From assembly GCA_963742245.1 (NCBI GenBank), contig CAVULG010000004.1, positions 169,064 to 233,063 of the forward strand: DNA of 64,000 nucleotides, given 5' to 3'. The DNA comes from an uncultured Acidobacteriota bacterium (GTDB lineage Bacteria; Acidobacteriota; Thermoanaerobaculia; UBA5066; Gp7-AA6). Below are positions 31,846 through 40,989 of this stretch, one piece after another; position 1 is the stretch's first letter, and each line of letters starts with the position of its first letter. The position numbers and the translations under genes are program-made. A model generated the notes under the pieces. The model was not told the origin of the DNA. It saw only the letters and a program-made list of their open reading frames with translations, and ran no database searches.

Positions 31846-32166
31846 TTATTGCATCGGGCTTCGATCGGGAACCAGCGGGAAGGGCCGGCCTACCTCGGAT
31901 CGGGCTCCGGCGGCAGGAACTCCGGCCCACCGGATGCCGGTGCGGGGGGAGTCGGTGTCGGTGTCGGTGTCGGTGTGGTCGTCGGAGAGAACTGCGGCGT
32001 CCTCGTGTAGGAAGGCCCTTCGCGACGATTCCGTCAGATAGGTCGGCGTGGTCTTGAGAGGCATGGGCGGAAGAAGCGCGCCGACACTGACGACCCCGAG
32101 TTGGCCGGGCACACAACGGACTCCGATCAGAATCAGAACCGCCGCGAAGAGCAACCAACCACGCAC
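31846..32166 (-). CDS. Small hypothetical protein with N-terminal hydrophobic helix and (TD)n repeat
   Basis: TAGGCT -10-like box 7 nt before the GTG; hydrophobic N-terminus; family not recognised. Confidence 0.4.
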   Translation of the reverse strand: MRGWLLFAAVLILIGVRCVPGQLGVVSVGALLPPMPLKTTPTYLTESSRRAFLHEDAAVLSDDHTDTDTDTDSPRTGIRWAGVPAAGARSEVGRPFPLVPDRSPMQ

Positions 32167-32222
32167 GTCGGTGAGCCTAAGCCAGGATCGGGCCAGGTTT
32201 TCGGCGCTGTACCATCCGCGGG

Positions 32223-34394
32223 GTGCGCAAGGTCCTTTTCGTCATTGGCCTGCTCGCTCTCCTCGCCGCCGGCTGGTGGGTCTACCGGAACGCTTCCATC
32301 GAGCGGCTGCGCGCCGAGTTTCGCCCGTGGATGGCGAGGCTCGAGCGGTGGCGCGACGCGAACGAGGCGATCCGTCGCGCGCTGCGCAATCCCTCCGCGG
32401 CCGAGACCGATCCGGACGGCATCGCCGAGCTCCGCGCATGGGCCTGGAACGGCCTCGACCGCCTCGGCTACGTCGACTACCGGGTCGAGAAGCCGACGCA
32501 CGACGGCGAGACGACGACCGGCCCGGTGACGTTCACGGTCGGAGGGTTCCGCGCCGACGGCGCGCGCGTCGAGCGTAGCGCGTCGGCCGTGGTCACCGAG
32601 GCGGGCGGCCGCTACACACTTCGCTTCGAGAAGCCGCTCCTGGAGCGCGTCGAGCCGCACCCGCGGTTTCGCGACGCCACCGCCGAGGCGGGCCTCGGCG
32701 CGCCGCGCCACGATCCTCCCCTGGAGAAGGTGAACCACCTGATCTCCGACCTCTGGCCGGGCTCGGGCATCGCCGTCCTCGACTACGACCGGGACGGCGA
32801 CGAGGACCTCTTCGTCGGAGACGGCGTGCGCTCCATCCTCTACGCCAACGACGGCGCCGCGCGATTCACCGACGTCACCGAGACGGCCGGGCTTGCGACC
32901 TCGCTCGACTCCGGGGTCCCCGCGACCGGGCTCGCCGCCGGCGACGTCGACGGCGATGCCTTCCCGGATCTCTTCGTGACGAACGCCTTCGCGCCTTCAC
33001 GCCTCTTCCGCAACCGCGGCGACGGGACGTTCGAGGACGTGACGGCCGTTTCGGGAATCGCGGCGCCGCCGAACGCGCGCTCGGCGGCCTTCGCCGACGT
33101 GGACGCCGACGGCGACCTCGATCTCTTTGTCGCGATCACCGGGGACTACTGGAGCCAGATGCCCGATCCCGCTTTCGACGCCAACGACGGGCGGGAGAAC
33201 TTCCTCTACTTGAACGACGGGAAAGGCCGCTTCACCGACGCGACCGCGGCCTGGGGCCTCGCGGGCATGACGCGCTGGACGCTCTCGACCCTCTTCCAGG
33301 ACTACGACCAGGACGGGCGCGAGGACCTGCTCGTGACCAACGACTTCGGACTCAAGAATCTCTACCGCAACGCCGGCGGCCGCTTCGAGGACGTCGCGAA
33401 GAAGACCGGCACGCTCTCGCGCGCCTACGGAATGTCGGGAACCTGGGCCGACTTCGACGGCGACGGGCGGCCCGACATCTACGCCACGGGCTCCGACACC
33501 CAGTGGTACTTCCTCCACGAGTACCCGTCGATTCCCGTCACGTTCTGGGGGCGGCTCTTCCTGTCCGTCGCCGTGAAGTGGTGCGAGGACATGGCCTCGG
33601 GCAACACACTGCTCCTCCAGCGTCCCGACCGCACGTTCGAGGATGCGACGGCGCGCTCCGGCGCGAAGCACGCGGGCTGGAACTGGAGCTCGATCTCGGG
33701 CGATCTCGACAACGACGGCTGGCCCGACATCTACGCGACGAACGGCATGTGGGGCGACGGGCGCGACCGCGACGTGGAGCTCGAGTTCTGGTGGCAGACG
33801 CTCGCCTACTGGGACGACTACGTCGCCGGGACGAAGACCTTCGACCGCAAGGGCGCCGGCATCGCGGGCATCGAGCGGGACCGCTACTTCCGCAACCGGC
33901 GCGCGGCGAAGGGACCGATCTTCGAGGAGCGCGCGTTTCTCGACGGCCTGGATCTGGAATCCAACGGCCGCGCCGCCGTCGCATTCGACGCCAACGGCGA
34001 CGGTGCGCTCGACGTCTTCGTCCGCTCCGTCCAGGCGCCCGAGGCACTCTTTCTCGGTACCCGCCGGCCCGACGAGCACTATCTGCGTCTGCGCCTGAAA
34101 GGCACGCCCGGAATCGACAACGCCGACGGCGTCGGCGCGCGGATCGAGGCCACGCTGATCAACGGCCGCCGCATCGTGACGGAGAGCTCCAATCCGAGCG
34201 GCTATTTGTCGACGGGAAGCCCGATCGTCCACCTCGGCCTCGGCAAGGACGAGACGGTTGGCAGCGTGAAGGTGACCTGGCCCTCGGGCTGGGTCAGCGA
34301 GATCGGACCGGTCCGGGATGTGGACCGTGAGCTCACGGTCATCGAGGGAACGGAGAGGGGCGTCGTACGCGTAATCGACCCGGGTCCGCAGTAA
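32223..34394 (+). CDS. CRTAC1/ASPIC-UnbV family FG-GAP repeat protein
   Basis: Repeated DxDxDGxxDL Ca-binding motifs, FTDVT..AG, C-terminal GYLS....VHLGLG..V.WPSG; N-terminal TM anchor. Confidence 0.88.
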   Translation: MRKVLFVIGLLALLAAGWWVYRNASIERLRAEFRPWMARLERWRDANEAIRRALRNPSAAETDPDGIAELRAWAWNGLDRLGYVDYRVEKPTHDGETTTGPVTFTVGGFRADGARVERSASAVVTEAGGRYTLRFEKPLLERVEPHPRFRDATAEAGLGAPRHDPPLEKVNHLISDLWPGSGIAVLDYDRDGDEDLFVGDGVRSILYANDGAARFTDVTETAGLATSLDSGVPATGLAAGDVDGDAFPDLFVTNAFAPSRLFRNRGDGTFEDVTAVSGIAAPPNARSAAFADVDADGDLDLFVAITGDYWSQMPDPAFDANDGRENFLYLNDGKGRFTDATAAWGLAGMTRWTLSTLFQDYDQDGREDLLVTNDFGLKNLYRNAGGRFEDVAKKTGTLSRAYGMSGTWADFDGDGRPDIYATGSDTQWYFLHEYPSIPVTFWGRLFLSVAVKWCEDMASGNTLLLQRPDRTFEDATARSGAKHAGWNWSSISGDLDNDGWPDIYATNGMWGDGRDRDVELEFWWQTLAYWDDYVAGTKTFDRKGAGIAGIERDRYFRNRRAAKGPIFEERAFLDGLDLESNGRAAVAFDANGDGALDVFVRSVQAPEALFLGTRRPDEHYLRLRLKGTPGIDNADGVGARIEATLINGRRIVTESSNPSGYLSTGSPIVHLGLGKDETVGSVKVTWPSGWVSEIGPVRDVDRELTVIEGTERGVVRVIDPGPQ

Positions 34395-34407
34395 ACTGAG
34401 CCCTCCC

Positions 34408-36042
34408 ATGTCCATGGACGCCCCGCGGACCTCCGATCCCCTCTCCTACGACGTCGTCGTGGTCGGCGGCGCGGTCGCCGGCGCCTCGACCGCGATTCTC
34501 CTGAAGCGCGGCAAGCCGGACCTGAAGATCCTCGTCGTCGACAAGACCGACCACTTCGACTGGAAGGTCGGCGAGTCGACCGTCGAGGTCTCCTCCTACT
34601 TCCTGACGCGCGTCCTCAAGCAGTACCGGCACCTTTCGCAGGATCAGCTCCCCAAGCAGGCGTTCCGATTCTGGTTCCACAACGACGACGTCACCTGCCT
34701 GCAGGAAGCGTCCGAGACGGGCCCGACGCAGCTCGCGCGCACGCCCTCCTTCCAGCTCGACCGCTCCAAGCTCGACGAGCACCTCCTCAAGGTCGCGCGC
34801 GAGGAAGGCAGCGAGGTCTGGCGTCCCGCGAAGGTGTCGGGCTGGACGCTCGGCGAGGGCGCCGCGCCGAACACCCTGAACATCGAGAAGAGCGACGGCA
34901 CCGTCGCGACCGTCTCCTGCCGCTGGCTCGTCGACGCGACGGGACGCCAGGCGATGCTTGCGCGCAAGCGCGGCGGCGTCACACCGATCGAGACGCACCC
35001 GACCGCGGCGATCTGGGTCCGATATCGCGACGTCCCCGACATGGACGGCGTCGCGATCGCAGGACCGGATCCTCACAACCCCTGGGCGCGCGCGGTCCTG
35101 ACGGCGCGCCGGCTCGCGACGAACCACTTCACGGGCTGGGGCTACTGGATCTGGTTCATTCCTCTGAAGGACGGCGAGACGAGCGTCGGACTCGTGTGGG
35201 ACAAGCGCCTGGTGACTCCGGAAGGACGCACACCCCTCGACAAGCTGACGCGGTTTCTCGAAACGAACCCGCTGTCGCGCCAGCTCATCCAGGGAGCCAC
35301 GCCCGTCGAGGGCGACTGCCGCTACTTCGCGCATCTGCCGTACTTCGTCGACAAGTTCATCGGTCCCGGCTGGGCGCAGGTGGGCGATGCGGGAGGGTTC
35401 CTCGACCCGTTCTACTCGCCGGGCCTCGACCAGATGTCGTTCTCGGTCTGGACGCGCACGCGCCTGATCCTCGAGGACTTCGGCGGCGCGCCGGCCGACA
35501 AGATGACGAAGGCGTACGCAGAGCACAACCGGTGCTACGACCGCTACTTCAAGTACTTCTACGAGTCGATCTACCGCGACAAGTACTACGTCATGGGCGA
35601 CTACGACACCATGACGACCGCCTTCCTGCTCGACACGGCGCTCTACTACTTCGCTGCGGTCATCCCGATCTACCGCTGGTCGCACGAGCGGCTCGGCATC
35701 CCGCCGTTCTTCGAGGACGGCGCGGAGATCGGCTATTACCCGATCCGGTTCTACAACCGGCGGCTGGTGAAGATCGCGCAGCGCAAGAAGAAGCTCGGCA
35801 TCTACGGCAACCACAACGCGGGCCGCCGGCCCAAGCTCGTGGGCTTTTCGGTTCGCACCGCCTCGCTGGTCATGCTCTTCCACGGCCTCGCCCGGTGGGC
35901 GAAGGCCGAGCTCGCGAACGCGTGGACCCACGTCGTCCGCCCGCGGCCGCTCCCGACTGCAAAGACCGAGCCCGCGCCTTCGGCCGCGCCCGCGGCTCCC
36001 CGCGTCGAGGCACCCGCCTCGCACAGCGTCGAGGCGAGGTAG
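34408..36042 (+). CDS. Flavin-dependent halogenase-like oxidoreductase (tryptophan-halogenase superfamily)
   Basis: DVVVVGGAVAG, KVGES, WIWFIP (WxWxIP), VGDAGGFLDPFYSPG. Confidence 0.8.
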   Translation: MSMDAPRTSDPLSYDVVVVGGAVAGASTAILLKRGKPDLKILVVDKTDHFDWKVGESTVEVSSYFLTRVLKQYRHLSQDQLPKQAFRFWFHNDDVTCLQEASETGPTQLARTPSFQLDRSKLDEHLLKVAREEGSEVWRPAKVSGWTLGEGAAPNTLNIEKSDGTVATVSCRWLVDATGRQAMLARKRGGVTPIETHPTAAIWVRYRDVPDMDGVAIAGPDPHNPWARAVLTARRLATNHFTGWGYWIWFIPLKDGETSVGLVWDKRLVTPEGRTPLDKLTRFLETNPLSRQLIQGATPVEGDCRYFAHLPYFVDKFIGPGWAQVGDAGGFLDPFYSPGLDQMSFSVWTRTRLILEDFGGAPADKMTKAYAEHNRCYDRYFKYFYESIYRDKYYVMGDYDTMTTAFLLDTALYYFAAVIPIYRWSHERLGIPPFFEDGAEIGYYPIRFYNRRLVKIAQRKKKLGIYGNHNAGRRPKLVGFSVRTASLVMLFHGLARWAKAELANAWTHVVRPRPLPTAKTEPAPSAAPAAPRVEAPASHSVEAR

Positions 36043-36074
36043 CCCTTCCGCTTGCCGGAATCGGGACCGCGCGC

Positions 36075-36854
36075 ATGCCGACGGCCCTGATCACCGGAGC
36101 CTCGAGCGGAATCGGGCTCGAGCTCGCCTCCGTCGCCGCGCACGATCGCCACGACCTCGTCCTCGTTGCCCGGAACCGGGAGAAGCTCGAGTCGATCGGC
36201 CGCGGGCTCGCCGAGGAGTACGGCGTCCGTGTTTCGGTGATCGCGAAGGACCTCGCCGACCCCGCAGGTCCCGCCGCGCTTTCGCGCGAGCTCGCCGAGC
36301 GCGGCATCGCGCTCGACGTGCTCGTCAACAACGCCGGCGTGGGTGTGTACGGCCGCTTCGCCCAGACGTCGCTCGACAAAGAGCTCGAGATGATCCAGAT
36401 CAATCTCGTCGCGCTCACGCACCTGACGAAACTGTTCCTGACCGGAATGCTCGAACGGCGCCGCGGACGGATCCTGAACGTCGCCTCGACCGCCGCTTTT
36501 CAGCCGGGCCCGATCATGGCGGTCTATTACGCGACGAAGGCCTACGTCCTGTCGTTCTCGGAGGCGCTCGCCAACGAAGTCGCAGGAACGGGCGTGACGG
36601 TCACCGCGCTTTGCCCGGGGCCGACGCGCACCGAGTTCCAGTCGCGGGCCGGCTTCCAGCCCATCCCGCTCCTCCGCAGCCCCCTCGTCACCGCGACCTC
36701 CGTCGTCGCTCGCGCCGGCTGGCGCGGCATGAAGCGCGGCAAGCGGGTCGTCGTTCCGGGCCTGGCCAACCGCATCCTCGTTCAAGCCGTCCGGGCGACG
36801 CCGCGCCGCCTGGGCACGGCCGTCGTTCGCAAGCTCCAGGATTCGAGACACTAG
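36075..36854 (+). CDS. SDR oxidoreductase
   Basis: TGASSGIG, NNAG, YYATK, LCPGPT. Confidence 0.92.
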   Translation: MPTALITGASSGIGLELASVAAHDRHDLVLVARNREKLESIGRGLAEEYGVRVSVIAKDLADPAGPAALSRELAERGIALDVLVNNAGVGVYGRFAQTSLDKELEMIQINLVALTHLTKLFLTGMLERRRGRILNVASTAAFQPGPIMAVYYATKAYVLSFSEALANEVAGTGVTVTALCPGPTRTEFQSRAGFQPIPLLRSPLVTATSVVARAGWRGMKRGKRVVVPGLANRILVQAVRATPRRLGTAVVRKLQDSRH

Positions 36855-36872
36855 CTAAAGGAGGCCGATCGC

Positions 36873-38324
36873 ATGTATCGCGCACGCCGGATCCTCGCCC
36901 TCGTGCTTCTCATCGTTGCCGCCGCTGCAGGGCCCCTCGCCGCGGCCGACCCGCCCGGCGCGCTTGCGCGCAATCCCGGCGTCGCCGCCGCGCTCGAAGT
37001 CTTCGACACGTGGGTGGAGTGGACCGCGCGCAATCGCGATCAACCGGCCGTCTCGGTCGGCATCATCTACGACCAGGAGCTCGTCTTCGCGAAGGGCTAC
37101 GGGTACGCGGATCTCTCCCGGAAGATCCCGGCCACAGCCGCGACGGCGTACCGGATCGCGTCGATCTCGAAGACCTTCACGGCCCATGCGCTCCTGCAGC
37201 TGCGCGACGCCGGTAAGCTCCAGCTCGACGATCCGATCACGAAGTGGATCCCGGAGCTCAAGCTCTCGAAGGTCGACCCCCAGAGCCCGACGATCACCAT
37301 CCGCCAGATCCTGAGCCACACCGGCGGCATTCCGCGCGAGGTCGACGGGACCTACTGGAACGACATGAACTTCCCGTCGCGCGAAGCGATGATGCCCGTC
37401 CTCAACAAGATGGGCGTCGTCTTTCCGCCGGAGACCGAGTGGAAGTACTCGAACGTCGCCGTTGGCCTCGCGGGCTACATCGTCGAGGCGGCCTCGGGCG
37501 AGCCGTATGCCGAGTACGTCGCCCGGCACATCCTCGCGCCTCTCGGCATGACGGGTACGCGCGTCATCCCGCCGACCGACATGCCCACGCTCGCGATCGG
37601 ATACGGCCGCCGCGTCGCCGGCAAGCCGCGGCGCATCGAGCCCTTCTTCAACGGCGCCTACATGCTCGCGGCCTCCAACCTCGCCTCGACCGTCGACGAT
37701 CTCGCGAAGTACACCTCCCTCCAGTTCCGCAAGGGGCCGGCCGGCGGCAGCCAGATCCTCAAGGGCTCGACCCTCGCCGAGATGCAGCGCATCCAATGGC
37801 TGCAGCCCGACTGGAAGAGCGGCTGGGGCCTCGGCTGGGGGATCGCGCGACGCGACGACGTGACGCGCATCGGCCACGGCGGCTCCGTGCCCGGCCACCG
37901 CACGCAGCTCTCGTTCGCGCCGTCGGAGAAGTTCGCGGTGATCGCGCTGACGAACTCCGAGGACGGACGCACCTCGCTGTACGTCAACCAGGCCTACACG
38001 ATCGTCGCTCCCGCCATCGCCAAGGCCGTCGCGGAAATGTCCAAGCCGGCCGTCGCCGACCCCGCGTGGAACAAGTACGTCGGCGTCTACACGTTCGAGG
38101 ACGAGGAGATCCACGTCGCGGTGCTCGACGGCAAGCTGACGATCTTCGATCCCGCCGAGGACAACCCCTGGAGCTCGCGCGTCATCCTCGAGCCCGTCTC
38201 GGGCAACACGTTCCGCCAGAAGGACGGCGACGCGTCCGGCGAGACGGTGACGTTCATCACCGATTCCAGCGGCAAGGTGATCCGCTACGAAGCGCCCGGA
38301 TACTTCATGAGCCGCCGCCCGTGA
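36873..38324 (+). CDS. Secreted serine hydrolase (beta-lactamase/AmpC family)
   Basis: Signal peptide; SISK (SxxK), LSHTGG, YSN, HGG. Confidence 0.9.
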   Translation: MYRARRILALVLLIVAAAAGPLAAADPPGALARNPGVAAALEVFDTWVEWTARNRDQPAVSVGIIYDQELVFAKGYGYADLSRKIPATAATAYRIASISKTFTAHALLQLRDAGKLQLDDPITKWIPELKLSKVDPQSPTITIRQILSHTGGIPREVDGTYWNDMNFPSREAMMPVLNKMGVVFPPETEWKYSNVAVGLAGYIVEAASGEPYAEYVARHILAPLGMTGTRVIPPTDMPTLAIGYGRRVAGKPRRIEPFFNGAYMLAASNLASTVDDLAKYTSLQFRKGPAGGSQILKGSTLAEMQRIQWLQPDWKSGWGLGWGIARRDDVTRIGHGGSVPGHRTQLSFAPSEKFAVIALTNSEDGRTSLYVNQAYTIVAPAIAKAVAEMSKPAVADPAWNKYVGVYTFEDEEIHVAVLDGKLTIFDPAEDNPWSSRVILEPVSGNTFRQKDGDASGETVTFITDSSGKVIRYEAPGYFMSRRP

Positions 38325-38377
38325 CGCGTGTCGGCTACACTCGCGCGAGCAAGGCACGGCGGAACACCGGGAGGGAA

Positions 38378-39529
38378 ATGAAGAAAACGATTTTGGCCAC
38401 GATGATTGCGACGATGTCCGCGGCGGCCGTGCACGCGCAGACCGCCCAGCCGGCACAGACCGCCGCGCCCGGCCCGCCGGGCGCGTTTCAGCTCGGCGTC
38501 GAGGGTCTCGTCTGGTGGTTTCAGGACACGCCCGTGCCCGTGCCCCTCGTCACCGATCTCATCGTCGGCCTGCCGGACACCGCGACGTTTCTCGGCGGCG
38601 AGGATTTGTCGACCGGCGCCAGCGCCGGGGGCCGCATCACGGGGGGCTATTCCCTGACCGAGGGCATGAGCCTGGAGGGAAGCTTCTTCTTCATTCCCGA
38701 CAACTCGACGACCCGCAGCGTGAGCTCGTCGGGAGAGATCGGCTCGGTCGATCTCATCGTCCCGTATCTCGACGCGAACACGGGCCAGGAGAACGGCACC
38801 GAGATCTCTTTCGCCCCGATCTACGGCGCCACGGCCATCGAAACCTACACGGTCGGGATGCTCGGCGCCGAGGTCAACGGCGCCCTGGCAATCTTGGCCT
38901 CCCCGGGCTTTACGGTCGATGCGCTGGCCGGCATCCGCTATCTCAATCTGCGCGAGAAGTATGCGTTCGCGACCAGCAGCCCGTACGTGCCGCCGTTTCC
39001 GGCGGGCATCTGGGCCACGCTCGACCGCTTCGACACGACCAACAACTTCTACGGGCTCCAGCCGGGGGTGCGCGCGCGCTACGACGGCGGCGCCTTCTTC
39101 GGGACGGCGACTCTCAAGGTCGGGCTCGGGGCGATGGTGCAGTCGGTCCACATTCAAGGCTCGCTCGTGACGGACGAATTCACCAGCGACGGCTCCACGC
39201 AGACCTTCGCCGGCGGCTACTTCGCGCTGCCCTCGAACATCGGCGACTACTCGCGCACGGCGTTTGCGTTCGTGCCCGAGATCGATCTCCGCGCCGGCTG
39301 GCGGATCGCGCCCGATTTCTCGATTCTCCTCGGCTACTCGTTCCTCTATGCGAGCGACGTCGCGCGGCCGGGCAACCAGATCGACCGGACGATCAATACG
39401 ACGCAGAGCACGGCGTATACGGAAAATCCGAACCCGATCGTGGTCGGACCGGCGGCGCCCGTCCTGGAAATCCACGACTCGAGTTTCTGGGCCCAGGGGG
39501 CGAGCTTTGGTATTGCGTACCGCTTCTAA
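38378..39529 (+). CDS. BBP7-like outer-membrane beta-barrel protein
   Basis: Signal peptide; WW..TPVPVPLVT, F.T.NNFYG.Q.G, FVPE, GYSFLY.SDVARPGNQIDR.IN, C-terminal FWAQG..FGIAYRF. Confidence 0.72.
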   Translation: MKKTILATMIATMSAAAVHAQTAQPAQTAAPGPPGAFQLGVEGLVWWFQDTPVPVPLVTDLIVGLPDTATFLGGEDLSTGASAGGRITGGYSLTEGMSLEGSFFFIPDNSTTRSVSSSGEIGSVDLIVPYLDANTGQENGTEISFAPIYGATAIETYTVGMLGAEVNGALAILASPGFTVDALAGIRYLNLREKYAFATSSPYVPPFPAGIWATLDRFDTTNNFYGLQPGVRARYDGGAFFGTATLKVGLGAMVQSVHIQGSLVTDEFTSDGSTQTFAGGYFALPSNIGDYSRTAFAFVPEIDLRAGWRIAPDFSILLGYSFLYASDVARPGNQIDRTINTTQSTAYTENPNPIVVGPAAPVLEIHDSSFWAQGASFGIAYRF

Positions 39530-39552
39530 CCGCTGACCGAAAGAGGACTTTC

Positions 39553-40989
39553 ATGCGAACTCGAGCCGCCTCGCTGGTTCTTGCAATCGGGCTCGTCGCG
39601 CTGGCCGCGTCGCCGGCGTTCGCGCAATCGTCGATCGCGCCCAACCTGACTGCCCTGCGCCCGATCCAGTGCATCGCCTACGACCCGAAGCCGTCGGATT
39701 TCTACCAGAACGCCTACTTCGACTCGGACTTCTTCAACGCCGACTTCACGGGCATCTGGGGCGACGACGGCAAGCCGGGCGCCCGCAAGGACCTGACCGT
39801 TTTCAAGGGCGCGGGCCTGAACATGCTGCACCTCTACAACTGGAACGCGCAACGCACGAATCACAAGGCCTTTCTCGACGCCGCGCAGGCGCAGGGCATC
39901 AAGGTGATGGTCCCGATCTCCAACTTCACGGCCCAGACCATCACGGGCACCACCGATTGCCCGTCGTGCCCGAAGGGCTACAAGGCGGCCTTCGAGCTCG
40001 TCCGCGGCATCTTCAACCAGGTCTACATCGGCGGCACGACCCCGCACCCCGCGGCCGCGATGTGGGGGATCTACAACGAATACGACCTCAACAAGTTCAA
40101 CCCCGTGGATGTCGCCTTCATCGCGCAGGCCATCCTGACGCTCGAGGACCAGGCCCACATTCCGGCCTCCAATCGCCTCCCGATCACGACGCCGGTCTCC
40201 GACGCGACATGGAACACGCAGGCGCGCGCGGCGGCCCAGCTGCCCCGCGAGCTCAACGCGGCGCTCGAACGCGCCGCGGCGCAGTGGCTCCTCACGAACC
40301 CCGGGAAGAACGTCAATTCGCCGACTCCGCCGGACCTGCCCGGGGCCGTCCTCGCGATGATCGCCGTCGCGAATGCGCTTTCGGACAGTCAGACGCGGAC
40401 GAGCTACAAGTCGAAGTTCGACACGGGGGGCGCCCAGACGGTTTCAGCCATCCCCGGCGACTTCTGGACGACACGCTGGATCGCGGCCTCGAATCCGTTC
40501 CGGGAAGGACCGGCGCTCGCCGACTACCTCACCAACCCGGCCCAGTTCCAGTCGGCGTGGCCCGGGACGACGGCGTTCAATGCGCTGCCGCCCCTTTTCT
40601 TCGCCGAGATGGGCTTCGCGCAGGTGGACGCCGGCGGGAGTCTCACCCGCCAGGCCCAGGTCGTTCTCGGACAGATCCAGTCGACCGCGCCGCTGGCGCG
40701 CAACGCCAGCACCCCGCAGGGCTACTTTCTCGGCAGCTGCTTCTTCCAGCACACCTTCGTCGACACGTCGAAGTTCCAGGCGTTCGACACCACGGGCACC
40801 TTCTCGGCCCGAACCGCCGCTCCGGGCGCGCCGTGCCCCGCGTGCGGCCAGGGCTGGCGCGTCGACGCGCTGACGCCCCTGCCGGTCTGGACGAGCGTGA
40901 CGCAGGGCTACGCCGCCCTCGAAGCTCCGTCCGATTCCGACGAGGCGCGCGACCGTCCCGCTCCGATCCTGATCGAGCCGCGGCAATAG
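39553..40989 (+). CDS. Secreted clan GH-A-like glycoside hydrolase/transglycosylase
   Basis: Signal peptide; IAYDP, KDL..FK.AGLN.L.LY, IYNEY (putative acid/base), FFAEMG (putative nucleophile). Confidence 0.55.
   Translation: MRTRAASLVLAIGLVALAASPAFAQSSIAPNLTALRPIQCIAYDPKPSDFYQNAYFDSDFFNADFTGIWGDDGKPGARKDLTVFKGAGLNMLHLYNWNAQRTNHKAFLDAAQAQGIKVMVPISNFTAQTITGTTDCPSCPKGYKAAFELVRGIFNQVYIGGTTPHPAAAMWGIYNEYDLNKFNPVDVAFIAQAILTLEDQAHIPASNRLPITTPVSDATWNTQARAAAQLPRELNAALERAAAQWLLTNPGKNVNSPTPPDLPGAVLAMIAVANALSDSQTRTSYKSKFDTGGAQTVSAIPGDFWTTRWIAASNPFREGPALADYLTNPAQFQSAWPGTTAFNALPPLFFAEMGFAQVDAGGSLTRQAQVVLGQIQSTAPLARNASTPQGYFLGSCFFQHTFVDTSKFQAFDTTGTFSARTAAPGAPCPACGQGWRVDALTPLPVWTSVTQGYAALEAPSDSDEARDRPAPILIEPRQ

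Noticed and set aside
31950-31976. Short tandem repeat as a CRISPR array or contingency locus
   Set aside because: Only about four hexamer units, in frame, with no spacers and no cas genes in the window
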